Assembly (NCBI GenBank): GCA_046292385.1
Contig: JBKBRF010000002.1
Location: 171,653 to 235,652 of the forward strand
DNA: 64,000 nt
Reading direction: 5' to 3'
From: Armatimonadota bacterium
GTDB lineage: Bacteria > Armatimonadota > SYMT01
The notes under the pieces are model-generated. The model was not told where the DNA came from. It did not search any database and saw nothing but the letters and a program-made list of their open reading frames with translations. This document shows, piece after piece, positions 1 to 11,117 of the stretch (position 1 is its first letter; each line of letters opens with the position of its first letter). A program made the position numbers and the translations under genes.

Positions 1-70
1 CCTGTCACGTGCGCGGGGGCAGGTGCGCCTGCGCACCTGCCCCGGGGCTGAGCGCAGCCGGCTGTCGCCG

Positions 71-1279
71 TCAAGCGCCCTTCTGGAACGTCTCGCCCAG
101 CAGGAAGATCGGATAATAGAGCGCCAGCAGCACGTAGCCGACGATAGCGCCCACCACCAGCACCATAATCGGCTCTACCAGGCCGACGATCCGCCGGAGC
201 GCATACTCCACCTCCACGATGTAAGACGCGGCGATCTCCCGCAGCACCATCGGCAGGGTGCCAACGTCCTCCGCGATGGCGATCATGCGGGTCACCACGA
301 TCGGAAACTGGCCGCTCCCCTCCAGCTCGTCGGAGATGCGCCGCCCGATCGCTACACGGCGGGCTGCGTTCCGGGCCGCCTCCGCCAGCACCTCGTTGCC
401 GCAGGCGTTCGCGGCGGTGTTGAGCGCCTGGATCAGCGGCACGCCGCTGTCGAGCAGTCCGGAGAGGTTGAGAGTCAGATTGGCGGAAGCGGCCTTGAGG
501 AAGAGCTGGCCCACGAGGGGAGCCTTGAGCTTCCAGCCGTCCATCCGCACTCGCCCTTCCGGGGTCTGGTAGTAGCGCGCGCCGGAGATCGCGAGCACGA
601 TCAGCGTCACCAGGGCCAGCCATCCGTAGGAGATCACGAACTCGCTCAGCCAGACGATCGACATCGTGATCGGCGGCAGCGTGGCGTTCAGGTCTTTGTA
701 GATGCCCTGGAAGACCGGCACGATCCAGAAGAGCATCACCAGGATCGTGCCGAAGGTCGCCAGCAGCGTGAAGCAGGGGTAGACCATGGCGCTGATCACC
801 TTCTGCCGGATCTCCGCCTGCAGCTCCAGCTGCCGCCCCGCTTCCTGCAGCGTCTCGGGCAGCCGGCCGCCGTCCTCGCCCGCGGCGATGAGCGCCACCA
901 GCATCTCCGGAAAGGCGCGGGGGTACTGGGCCAGCGACTTCGCAAGGGAGTGGCCGTGACCCACCGACCGCGCCACCTGCTCCAGGATCTCCGCCAGCGC
1001 GGCGTTAGGAGTCTGCTCCGCCAGCGCCTCCAGGCCGCTCACCAGCGGCATGCCGGCATTGATCATGGTGCGGAGCTGACGCGTCATCACGATCAGGTCG
1101 CCCAACCCCACGCCCCGCCGGATGCCGCGGAAGACCGTCCGCCGCCGCTCCGCGATCTCCACGACGAAAAGGTTGTTCTTGCGCAGGTACTCACGGAGCG
1201 CGATCTCGTTGTTGAAGGCGAGGGTCTCGCTGACCTGCTGCCCCGCCTGGTCGCGCGCAACGTACTGGAATACCGGCAT
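71..1279 (-). CDS. pilC: Type II secretion system F / type IV pilus platform protein (PilC/GspF family)
   Basis: Start re-placed at MPVFQYVARD (ATG 1279, GGAG SD); two T2SSF repeats (RQLRTMINAGMPLV...GEDGGRL; GLLDSGVPL...AEDVGTL...EPIM) with TM segments; follows pilB. Confidence 0.93.
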   Translation of the reverse strand: MPVFQYVARDQAGQQVSETLAFNNEIALREYLRKNNLFVVEIAERRRTVFRGIRRGVGLGDLIVMTRQLRTMINAGMPLVSGLEALAEQTPNAALAEILEQVARSVGHGHSLAKSLAQYPRAFPEMLVALIAAGEDGGRLPETLQEAGRQLELQAEIRQKVISAMVYPCFTLLATFGTILVMLFWIVPVFQGIYKDLNATLPPITMSIVWLSEFVISYGWLALVTLIVLAISGARYYQTPEGRVRMDGWKLKAPLVGQLFLKAASANLTLNLSGLLDSGVPLIQALNTAANACGNEVLAEAARNAARRVAIGRRISDELEGSGQFPIVVTRMIAIAEDVGTLPMVLREIAASYIVEVEYALRRIVGLVEPIMVLVVGAIVGYVLLALYYPIFLLGETFQKGA

Positions 1280-1373
1280 GGCACGTTCTCCTTCGACCCA
1301 GATCCGCGGTAACGCCGCTGCCCCCGGGAATGCATGAACACGAGAGTGAGCGAGCCTGCTCCCCACCCCTCTA

Positions 1374-1413
1374 TCTCTCCGTCTCTCCGTCTCTCCGTCT
1401 CTCCGTCTCTCCG
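1374..1413. repeat. Five perfect tandem copies of TCTCTCCG between pilB and pilC
   Basis: Read directly; related octamers at 16985-17112 and 54198-54244. Confidence 0.95.
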
Positions 1414-1416
1414 TCC

Positions 1417-3249
<1,833 letters not shown>

Positions 3250-3328
3250 GGAGTACGGCTACCTCTCGAGCGGGCGGGGCGGTGGACAGACTGCTGACGC
3301 GGCGGCAGGGTCGGTGTGGCTGAGACGG

Positions 3329-4039
3329 TCAGACGGGCGGGCGGGACTTCAAGCCGGCCACCTTGTAACCGAAGCCCCAGACCGTCAACAGCACCTCCGG
3401 CTGCGACGGATCTCGCTCGATCCGCTCGCGGATCCGCTTGATGTGCGTGTTGACCAGCTTCGGGTCGTGCCCGTCGTAGCCCCACACCGCCTGGAGCAGC
3501 TCGTCCCGGGTCACCACCTCTCCCGCGCGGCGAACCAGCTCGGAAAGGAGGCGGAAATCGGTGGGAGTCAGCTCCACCAGGCGGTCGTCGACTCGCGTCT
3601 CGCGCGTCCGCAGGTGGATCGTGATCCGCTCCGAGCGCAGCTCGTCCTCACTCTCCCGCGGCGCCGAGAGCCGCCCGCGGCGGCGCAGGAGCGCCCTCAT
3701 ACGCGCGAGAAGCTCGTTCATCCGGTACGGCTTGGAGAGGTAGTCGTCCGCCCCCATCTCCAGGGCGGCGATCATGTCGGTCTCTTCGGAGCGGGCGGAG
3801 AGGATCAGGATCGGCACGTCGGAGTGGGACCGGATGCGCCGGCAGACGGTAAGTCCGTCGATCTGGGGAAGCATCAGGTCGAGCACCACCAGGTCCGGAT
3901 CGGCGGCCCTGAAGCGCTGCACCGCTTCGGTACCAGTGCGCGCGGTCACCACGTCGTAGCCTTCTACCGTGACGCGCTCCCGCACCGGCTCGAGCACCTC
4001 GAGCTGATCGTCCACTAGGAGAATCGTGGCTCCTTGCAT
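3329..4039 (-). CDS. OmpR/PhoB family response regulator
   Basis: Start MQGATILLVDD; DLVVLDLMLP, GADDYLSKPY, winged-helix tail LTVWGFGY. Confidence 0.93.
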   Translation of the reverse strand: MQGATILLVDDQLEVLEPVRERVTVEGYDVVTARTGTEAVQRFRAADPDLVVLDLMLPQIDGLTVCRRIRSHSDVPILILSARSEETDMIAALEMGADDYLSKPYRMNELLARMRALLRRRGRLSAPRESEDELRSERITIHLRTRETRVDDRLVELTPTDFRLLSELVRRAGEVVTRDELLQAVWGYDGHDPKLVNTHIKRIRERIERDPSQPEVLLTVWGFGYKVAGLKSRPPV

Positions 4040-4154
4040 CTGTCCCGCTCCGAATGACTGACCGCGCGTGCAGATGCACCCTGCTCCCGCCGAAGAAGAG
4101 CGACACCGCTCTGGAGATACAGATGCGCCGGCTCGTGTGGTTGTGCAATCGGGC

Positions 4155-5690
4155 TCAGGACGGTGTCGCTCCGGTGTCGGAACGGCGGCACGGAGGAGAC
4201 AGAGGGAGGTGGAGCTCAAAGATGGCGCCGCCCTGCGGACGGTTGCCGGCCCGCAACTCCCCACCGAGGAGCTGCGCGGCCTCGCGGGCGATCTGCAGGC
4301 CGAGGCCGGAGCCGCGGATCTGTTCTCGCTGGGCCCGCTTACCGCGGAAGAACGGATCGAAGATCTGCGGCAGCTCTCCCGGGGGGATGCCGAGCCCCTC
4401 GTCCTCCACCCGAAACGCGACGCGGTCGTCCGCGAGGAAGGCGCCGGCCCTTACCCGGGTGGCGGGGCGGGTGTACTTGACCGCGTTCTCCAGCAGCTCG
4501 GTCACGATCCAGGCGAGCAGGCGGGGGTCGGTGACGAGCGGCGGCAGGCCGGGCGAGGGCGCCAGCTCCAGCACGACTCCCCGCGCCGAGGCCCGGACGG
4601 CGAGCTCGTCGATCAGCTCGCGGAGGAACGGCTCCACGCGGAGGCGCTGCGGCTCCACCGTCACCCGCCCGGACTGCAGACGGGAGAGCTCCAGCAGGGC
4701 GTCGACCGTGCGGCTCAGCTCCAGCCCGGGCCGGATCGCGCGCTCCACCGCCTCCCGCTGCCGCGGCGTCAGCGCGCCGTAGGTCCCATCCGCCAGCACG
4801 TCGAGGTTCACCAGCGCGGAGGTGAGCGGGGCCCGGAGGACGTGCGATACGGTGGCGACCAGGCTCGCCCGCTGCTCGGCCAGCAGGCGCAGGCTCTGCT
4901 CCGTCTCTTTCTGCTCCGAGATATCGGTGACGTTGACGATGTACGCCACCAGCTCGCCGGAGGGGGTCTCCGCGGGCGCGGCGTTCACCACGCTCCAGAT
5001 CCGGCTGCCGTCCGGCCGCCGCAGCCGGCACTCCAGCCCGAGCGCATCCCGGGCGGCGAGCGCCCCGTTCCAGACGTGGCTCGCTTCCGGCCGGTCTTCC
5101 TCCGCCACCAGGTCGAGCCAGTGCTCCGCCCCCGGGTCGGGGACGCCGCGCAGCAGCGACGCCGCCGCGTCGTTCCGGAAGGTCACCCGCGCCGTGAGCG
5201 GATCGATCAGAAAGAGGGGGGTCGGCTGGAGCGTGAGCACCGTCTCCAGCCAGACGCGCCGGCGCTCCGCTTCCCGGCGGCGCTGCTCCAGGCGCAGCGT
5301 GGACGCCTCGGAGCTGTTCATCCAGCTCACCAGGAGCCCCACCACCGCAAAGGAGTAGAGCCGGACGTAGTCTTCGGGGGAGGAGAGTGCCAGCGTGTAG
5401 GGAGTCAGCACGAAGTAGTTCGCCGCCAGCACCCCCAGCAGCACGCTCGCCAGCCCGGCCAGGATGCCGCCGAGCCACGAGATGAGGATGATGCCCGCCA
5501 GCAGCGCCGCCAGGCCGAAGGTCTGCCCTTCCGGCCCGAGCAGCACCATGAGCAGGAGCGCCATGGCGTCGACCAGCAGCGCGCCGTACCGCCGCAGGAG
5601 CTCGGCCCCGGGCCAGCGGAAGCCCGGCTCCCGGGCGGCCGGCTCCGCCGTGGCGGCGCGGCCGGCACTCCGGTGTTGAACCCGGCTCAA
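4155..5690 (-). CDS. Membrane sensor histidine kinase (DUF4118-like TM region, PAS, HisKA, HATPase_c)
   Basis: H-box SHVLRAPLT, N-box ELLENAVKY, G1 DEGLGI, F IFDPFF, G2 GSGLGL; start uncertain, TTG at 5690 chosen for GAGAGG SD. Confidence 0.88.
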   Translation of the reverse strand: MSRVQHRSAGRAATAEPAAREPGFRWPGAELLRRYGALLVDAMALLLMVLLGPEGQTFGLAALLAGIILISWLGGILAGLASVLLGVLAANYFVLTPYTLALSSPEDYVRLYSFAVVGLLVSWMNSSEASTLRLEQRRREAERRRVWLETVLTLQPTPLFLIDPLTARVTFRNDAAASLLRGVPDPGAEHWLDLVAEEDRPEASHVWNGALAARDALGLECRLRRPDGSRIWSVVNAAPAETPSGELVAYIVNVTDISEQKETEQSLRLLAEQRASLVATVSHVLRAPLTSALVNLDVLADGTYGALTPRQREAVERAIRPGLELSRTVDALLELSRLQSGRVTVEPQRLRVEPFLRELIDELAVRASARGVVLELAPSPGLPPLVTDPRLLAWIVTELLENAVKYTRPATRVRAGAFLADDRVAFRVEDEGLGIPPGELPQIFDPFFRGKRAQREQIRGSGLGLQIAREAAQLLGGELRAGNRPQGGAIFELHLPLSPPCRRSDTGATPS

Positions 5691-6080
5691 AACGGGTCCT
5701 CTCGCTCGGCGGGGTCCGTGCCGATACCGCCCGTGGCAGGCCCGCGCCGCAGCAGGGGAACGGCGCCGCTCCCGCGGGTGCCGGTGACACCCATACAGCC
5801 TCTCGCCGCCCCGTGCACCCGCCGCGAGGCCCGGTTTCTCTTCGTGCTCTGCACGCTCGACATGGTCAGCTCCGCCGGTCACTTTCAGAGCGGCCTGGCG
5901 GTGGAGGCGAGCCCACTCCTGCGGCCGGGGACGATCGCCGCCGATGCGGCCATTTACATCGTGCCGCCGGTCGCGCAGTGGTGCAGTTGACCTGAAGCGT
6001 TCCCCGACCGGCGTTTCTCGACCCCCGACTTCCGGGCACCCTGGGAGCGAAGGGCGCTTCCCAGCGGAAAGGGTGCCCAC

Positions 6081-6722
6081 ATGCGGTTCTACCGGCTGTC
6101 TCCAACCCGCGTGGCTCTGCTTGTCCTCTGCGTCGCCTACCCCGCCGCGGCGGCTGAAACCGGAGAGGCTCCGCCCGCCGGCACCGGCGAAACGCTGCCC
6201 CGTGCCGCGGTGGACGGAGTGTGGGACCGCGGACTCCGCGACCCGTTCCGTCCGGGCGGGCGGCAGTGGGGATTCGCCGCGGCGGGCGGCCTCGGGCTGA
6301 AGACGCTCGGCAGCCGCCAACAGCACGACCTGATCCTGGGGACCGTCCACTACGGGCGGCACCTGAGCCCGCGGTGGAGCTGGCTGGTGGAGGCGTTCGG
6401 CGGCGTGCAGGTCAGCCCGGAAGATGAGTTCCTGGCGGGCGGGGTCTTCCTGATCCGCTATCACTTCACCCCCGGCCGCCGCTGGGTGCCGTTCGCCACC
6501 GTCGGAGCGGGTCTCACCTACACCAGCATCCGGAGACCCGATCTCGGCACCGGCTTCGAGTTCAACCTCCAGGGAGGACTGGGGATGCACTACTTCTTCG
6601 AGCCGGACCAGGCATTCACCCTGGAAGGCCGCTGGCTGCATCTCTCCAACGCCGGGATCGACAGCCCGAACCGCGGCGCCAACACCGTGATCCTCCTCGG
6701 CGGGGTCACCTGGTTCTTCTGA
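6081..6722 (+). CDS. Acyloxyacyl hydrolase / lipid A 3-O-deacylase (PagL family) outer-membrane beta-barrel
   Basis: Signal peptide, FEFNLQGGLG, catalytic HLSNAG motif, PNRGAN, terminal Phe. Confidence 0.8.
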   Translation: MRFYRLSPTRVALLVLCVAYPAAAAETGEAPPAGTGETLPRAAVDGVWDRGLRDPFRPGGRQWGFAAAGGLGLKTLGSRQQHDLILGTVHYGRHLSPRWSWLVEAFGGVQVSPEDEFLAGGVFLIRYHFTPGRRWVPFATVGAGLTYTSIRRPDLGTGFEFNLQGGLGMHYFFEPDQAFTLEGRWLHLSNAGIDSPNRGANTVILLGGVTWFF

Positions 6723-6748
6723 CCGCCCCCGGAGTTCAGGTTGGATTG

Positions 6749-6800
6749 GGTCCTGCTCCTGGTCCTGCTCCTGCTCTTGCTCTTGCTCGTTGACGACCCG
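6749..6800. repeat. Hexamer tract ((C/T)TGCTC)n ending ctcgttgacgacc; member of the 'ccgaaccctcc...ctgctc...gcgacc' repeat family
   Basis: Similar tracts at 38322-38380, 46686-46745, 54506-54568 (reverse) and 59023-59059. Confidence 0.75.
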
Positions 6801-7178
6801 GAGTTGGGGGCATGTTCGCGGCGAGGTCGCCCGCGTCTCGTGTTACTGCGGAAGGGGCCGCCGTGCTGGATCGACTTCGCGGCGCGTACGACTGCCGCGC
6901 CGACACGGAGGAAAACTGACTCTAAGTGGGTGAATGCATTCGAGGCCCCGCTCGAATGCTCTCTCTGTGCGGCCGGTACTCTTCGAGAGTCCAAACCTGG
7001 ACGTCCCCTGGAGTGGAGCCTCGCCTCGAAGAATGCGCTGGCTCCCGCCGCGTACTCCGTTAAAATACGGTATGTCAGACGAACGTTGCGCGGGCTCGTC
7101 AGGATGCACGTCGGTTGGCCGCGCTACGAGTACCGGCTGCGGGCCCCTCGTGGTGAGCCTGCTGGAGGCGCGACTACG

Positions 7179-7463
7179 ATGCTGACCGAGTTGGTGGAAC
7201 CGATACCGCCCGGTGTGCCGGACCCGGAGCGCTCGACCTGGATTCGCAAGACACCCGGCGTTTCTGGTGGCGACGCCTGCATCCGGAATACGCGGATCCC
7301 GGTCTGGCTGCTCGAGGACTACCGCCGCGCGGGACTCACCGAAGATGAGTTGCTCAGAGACTATCCAGCGCTCACCCGGGACGATCTGCAGCTAGCCTGG
7401 GATTATGCGTCCTGTCATCGCCTGGAGATTGACGCAGCTCTCCGCGAGAACGAAGCTGCCTAG
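7179..7463 (+). CDS. DUF433 family antitoxin
   Basis: ATG 7179 with GGAGG SD; IRKTPGVSGGDACIRNTRIPV...YPALTRDD...AWDY. Confidence 0.9.
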   Translation: MLTELVEPIPPGVPDPERSTWIRKTPGVSGGDACIRNTRIPVWLLEDYRRAGLTEDELLRDYPALTRDDLQLAWDYASCHRLEIDAALRENEAA

Positions 7464-7466
7464 CGA

Positions 7467-7814
7467 ATGGCTCGCTTCCTAGCGGATGAGAACTTCCCGT
7501 TAGCCTGCGTCCGAGTGCTGCGCCAGCTCGGGCACGACGTGCTGACCTCCGTTGAAGCCGGAGTTGCGAACCAGCGACTTTCGGATGCGCAGCTTCTGGA
7601 TTGTGCGCTGAAGGCGCACCGGACAGTTCTTACGCTGAACCGCCGGGACTTCATTCGCCTGCACCGAGAGAATCCGCGGCACTGCGGCATCCTGGCTTGC
7701 ACTCGGGATGAAGATTTCGTCGCACTCGCGGAGCGAATCGACGTTGCCGTTCGGGACGCAGAGTTGCTGCAAGGTCGTCTGATACGAGTCACTCGACCCC
7801 AAGAGCCCGGTTGA
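7467..7814 (+). CDS. DUF5615 family PIN-like toxin
   Basis: RFLADENFP, GHDVL, SDAQLL, VLTLNRRDF, HCGIL; 3 bp after the DUF433 gene. Confidence 0.88.
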   Translation: MARFLADENFPLACVRVLRQLGHDVLTSVEAGVANQRLSDAQLLDCALKAHRTVLTLNRRDFIRLHRENPRHCGILACTRDEDFVALAERIDVAVRDAELLQGRLIRVTRPQEPG

Positions 7815-7896
7815 TCGGACTCGCAGCGGTACCCGGGGCTTCCGCAACGTACGGCAGGACTCCCGGGCCTGCGCCATGCAGCTCGTGTCGCTTCCT

Positions 7897-8238
7897 CTAC
7901 CGGATGGCCGACTCGCCGCGCTCCCCGGTCCGGACCCGCACCGCGTCACAAACGGGCACCAGAAAGATCTTGCCGTCGCCCACCTCGCCGGTGCGTCCGT
8001 GGCGGACGATCACCTCCACCGCCTGGTCGACCACGTGGTCCGGGACCACGGTCTCCAGCTTCAGCTTTTCCAGCAGGTTCACCCGGTACTCGGCGCCCCG
8101 GTAGCGGTGGACGTACCCCCGCTGCTGGCCCGCGCCGCGCACCTCCATCACCGTGATGCCGGTGATGCCCAGCTCGTCCAGGCCGGCTTTCACGTCGTCC
8201 AGCTTCTCGGGCCGAATCACCGCTTCGATCTTCGTCAT
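7897..8238 (-). CDS. glnB: P-II family nitrogen regulator (GlnB/GlnK)
   Basis: MTKIEAVIRPEKLDDVK, T-loop RYRGAEY, RTGEVGDGKIF, VRVRTGERG; GGGAGG SD. GlnB versus GlnK cannot be decided. Confidence 0.93.
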   Translation of the reverse strand: MTKIEAVIRPEKLDDVKAGLDELGITGITVMEVRGAGQQRGYVHRYRGAEYRVNLLEKLKLETVVPDHVVDQAVEVIVRHGRTGEVGDGKIFLVPVCDAVRVRTGERGESAIR

Positions 8239-8316
8239 CGCACGCCTCCCACGCCTCGGCGGACACGGTCCTTGCTGATCCCGCCTCCGAGCCGAGCGGT
8301 GGCCGGAGCAAGCGGA

Positions 8317-8406
8317 GGAGTGGGAGCAAGGGAGAGTGGGAGAGTGGGAGAGCCGCGCTCGTAAGCGGCTTCTCCAGCTCGCCCTCTCACCCACTCTCCC
8401 TTGCCA
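8317..8406. repeat. Palindromic element built from GGGAGAGT octamers
   Basis: caagggagagtgggagag...ctctcacccactctcccttg; close copy at 56258-56345 sharing core ccgcgctcgtaagc; half copies at 16191-16221 and 38445-38483. Confidence 0.85.
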
Positions 8407-8438
8407 AATGCGCCCATCCATCTCAGCCTGACGGAGTA

Positions 8439-9638
8439 TTAGTTATAGGAGAGGATGGCGGAGAGGATGAACCGGCCCTGGTTGTCCGTGGTGCGCCCAC
8501 GCTCCTTGAGGAAGAGGTTCTCGTCCGAGAAGTCGTGGCGGTACTCCAGCCGGGTCTGGAAGTTGTCCGTGAACTGATAGGTGTAGTTGAAGGTGACCCC
8601 GTAGGCCACCGTGCTGGTTCCGGTCCCGAAGCGGAAGCCGTCGCTATCGACCATGAACTCGCCCCGCACGGCGGCGTATGACTTCTCGTTAATGGTGTAC
8701 TTCGCCAGCGCGGCGAGGCCGTACCAGTCCGCGCCCGGCTGCGTGCCGTAGTCGAAGTTGAAGATGTACGACCACCGGCCGCCGGGGTTGTAGAGCGCCA
8801 CCACGTCAATCAGGTTGCGGAACGAGTCGCTCCCACGGGGGCCCGGCTCGTCGCTGCCCAGGTAGTTCACGCTGCCGGACCACTTCTCGTTGAGCGTCTT
8901 CGCGTAGGTGAGCCCGAAGCCCGGCCCAGAGCCGCCGCTCACGCGGTCCCACCCCTGGGTGACGTGTCCCATCACGTAGTCGGTGTCGTTCAGGTAGTGG
9001 TAGACGCGCAGGCCAGTGTGGGTGTACGGGATGGCGAAGCCGAAGAGGATGCTGCGGCTGTAGAGCCAGTTGTCCTTCGGCTCGATCAGCTCCGCGCCGA
9101 TTGGGGTTACCCAGCGGCCGACGTCGACATAGGTGGAGCCGCTGTCGTTCAGGTTGAAGCTAAGGAACGCCTGCTGCACGTGATCCCAGAGGTCGTCTCC
9201 GGAGACACCGCCGAGCGAGGCGCTCTCCGCGAAGTTGGTAAGTCGCCCGGTGGGGCCGAACATCAGGTCGACCCGAAAGCCGAACGGGTCGCGCTGCTTC
9301 TGCAGCCACACGTCGAGAAGGCCGAGGTGCGGGCCGTGCTCATCCTTGATGTCGAACGGCGCGAGCGCGTTGAACGGCGGATCCGGGTTGTTGAAGTTGC
9401 TGGAGTAGTAGAAGTCGACACTCCCGCCGTAGGTGTACTTCGGCGTCGGCTCTTCTTCCACCCCGCGGACCCCTTCCTCTCCGCCCGCGGGCGCCGGGGC
9501 CGGCTCTCCCGCCTGCGCGACCTGGGTTCCCTCCGGGGCCGGGGGCGGCGGCGCCACCGGACTTGGTTCTTCCGCCAGGGCCGGCGCCGCGGTGAACGCG
9601 GCCGCCGCCAGGGCGGAGATCAGCCAGTTCTTGGCCAT
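8439..9638 (-). CDS. Outer-membrane beta-barrel porin (BBP2/DUF1597-like)
   Basis: Signal peptide MAKNWLISALAAAAFTAAPALA; GRWVTPIGAELIE..NW.YSRS.LF....PYTHTG; RLEYRHDFSD; aromatic C-terminal strand. Confidence 0.82.
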   Translation of the reverse strand: MAKNWLISALAAAAFTAAPALAEEPSPVAPPPPAPEGTQVAQAGEPAPAPAGGEEGVRGVEEEPTPKYTYGGSVDFYYSSNFNNPDPPFNALAPFDIKDEHGPHLGLLDVWLQKQRDPFGFRVDLMFGPTGRLTNFAESASLGGVSGDDLWDHVQQAFLSFNLNDSGSTYVDVGRWVTPIGAELIEPKDNWLYSRSILFGFAIPYTHTGLRVYHYLNDTDYVMGHVTQGWDRVSGGSGPGFGLTYAKTLNEKWSGSVNYLGSDEPGPRGSDSFRNLIDVVALYNPGGRWSYIFNFDYGTQPGADWYGLAALAKYTINEKSYAAVRGEFMVDSDGFRFGTGTSTVAYGVTFNYTYQFTDNFQTRLEYRHDFSDENLFLKERGRTTDNQGRFILSAILSYN

Positions 9639-9682
9639 CTTCGTAACCTTTCCTCTCTCTGGACCCCTCTGCGGGATCTCCT

Positions 9683-10273
9683 TTAAGCGAGCGCCACCTG
9701 GCGCCCGCGGGCCCGGGGTGTCCGTGTTGCCCCCGGATCCTCCTGACCCAGCGTCTCCTCCGTCAGCGCGCGGTAGCCCTCGCGGATCTTGCGCACGTGG
9801 TAGGAGACGTTGGCGGCCGTGCAGCCGAGCGACTGGGCCAGCTCTTCCTGCAGGCAGCCCTGGAGCAGGCCGTGCAGGATGTCGCGCTGGGGCCCGCGGA
9901 GGCGGGTGGAAAGCTGTCCCGCCAGCCAGCGGCTGAAAACGTCCTCTTCGAAGCTCTTGCGCTCCGGGATCGCGGCGCCGGCCTCCAGCGACTCGGCCCG
10001 CTCGCGCTGCGAGCGCCGGATCGCCTCCAGCAGCCGCCACTTACCGCGCAGGAAGAGGTAGCAGAGGGGATCGCCGATGTTGACGTCGACCTGCTGCAGG
10101 CCGAGCATCATGCCGAGCCACATCTCCTGCTGCAGGTCGTCCCGGTCCATCCCGGTGAGGGCAGCGTAGTGGCCGGCGGTGCGCAGGACGCGGTCCCGCA
10201 GGAGCTCGGAGATCTGCTCGCGAGCGCGGCTATCGCCTTCCCGAGCCCGCTCGATGACGTGTGACAACTGCAT
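9683..10273 (-). CDS. Sigma-70 family alternative (group 3/4-like) RNA polymerase sigma factor
   Basis: AREGDSRARE start, region 2 DRDDLQQE...RLLEAIRR, region 4 HTH QEELAQSLGCTAANVSYHVRKI. Confidence 0.8.
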   Translation of the reverse strand: MQLSHVIERAREGDSRAREQISELLRDRVLRTAGHYAALTGMDRDDLQQEMWLGMMLGLQQVDVNIGDPLCYLFLRGKWRLLEAIRRSQRERAESLEAGAAIPERKSFEEDVFSRWLAGQLSTRLRGPQRDILHGLLQGCLQEELAQSLGCTAANVSYHVRKIREGYRALTEETLGQEDPGATRTPRARGRQVALA

Positions 10274-10553
10274 TCGACCTCTCCCAGCCGCCGGCTCGCA
10301 TGCGGTGCTCTGCGGAGCACCCGTCCGGCGGGATCGAGGTTAGTGTAGGAGGGGCAAATTACGTCGCTGCTTCCTCCCAGTTAAGGCGAGTTGTCGTTCG
10401 TGTTAAATCGATGTTACGGAGCCCCGTGGGCGGAGCCGGAAAAGAGCGAGGAAGCCCAAGGGGTACGCGGGAGCGCGTCGCGGTAGGAGTTCCGCAGGGC
10501 GGGGGTGAACGTCAGCCGGAGCGGCGGAGAGGCACCCGCTCGGGGAGCAGTAA

Positions 10554-11117
10554 ATGAGTGCAGGACCGGAGGCGGCCCGGCCGCGGGCGGTGGTGGTGTG
10601 GAGCCTGGCAATCGGCGCGGTGACGCTGATAGTGGCCGGGGGAGTGGTCGGCGCGCCGGTGCTGCTGGAGGCGGAGCGCGCCGCCATGCAGGCCGAGGGT
10701 CCGGCCCTGCAGCCGGTCGACGCGGGCGTGCCGGTGAAGGGAAACAAGCCGCCGGAGGCGTTCGGGTTCCAGGCCTATCCGGGCAGCTTCGGCTACTTCT
10801 CCATGGAGATCGGCCCGGGCCACGCCACCTCCGCCTTCAGCGTGAAGTCCGGTACGGCGGCCGACGTGCTCCGCTTCTATCGCCAGTCGCTGGAGCCGCA
10901 GGGGTGGACATTCCTGAAGCAGGGGAAGCTGGTGCAGCCGCTCGGCGAGGGCCCGAACGCCCCGCCGCCCGCCCCGGGTCTCTCCGCGCGCTGGCAGCGG
11001 GAGGACGACGGGCGCCGGTTCGAGTTGAAGGTGTTCGACCTGAAGCAAAAGGGGAGCACCGCCCAGGTGCTGCTCGGCTGGGCTCCGCGCGCAGACGCTT
11101 CCGTCCTAGCGGAATAG
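10554..11117 (+). CDS. Hypothetical membrane-anchored protein
   Basis: N-terminal hydrophobic helix; VLRFYRQSLEPQGW motif common in small exported alpha/beta proteins; GGAG SD. Confidence 0.6.
   Translation: MSAGPEAARPRAVVVWSLAIGAVTLIVAGGVVGAPVLLEAERAAMQAEGPALQPVDAGVPVKGNKPPEAFGFQAYPGSFGYFSMEIGPGHATSAFSVKSGTAADVLRFYRQSLEPQGWTFLKQGKLVQPLGEGPNAPPPAPGLSARWQREDDGRRFELKVFDLKQKGSTAQVLLGWAPRADASVLAE

Noticed and set aside
7057..7070. ccgt-TAAAAT-acgg as a TA operator around a -10 box
   Set aside because: A 4-bp arm is expected by chance
10274..10400. Possible glutamine (glnA) riboswitch ahead of the sigma-porin-P-II cluster
   Set aside because: Small hairpins exist but the conserved motif is not recognisable
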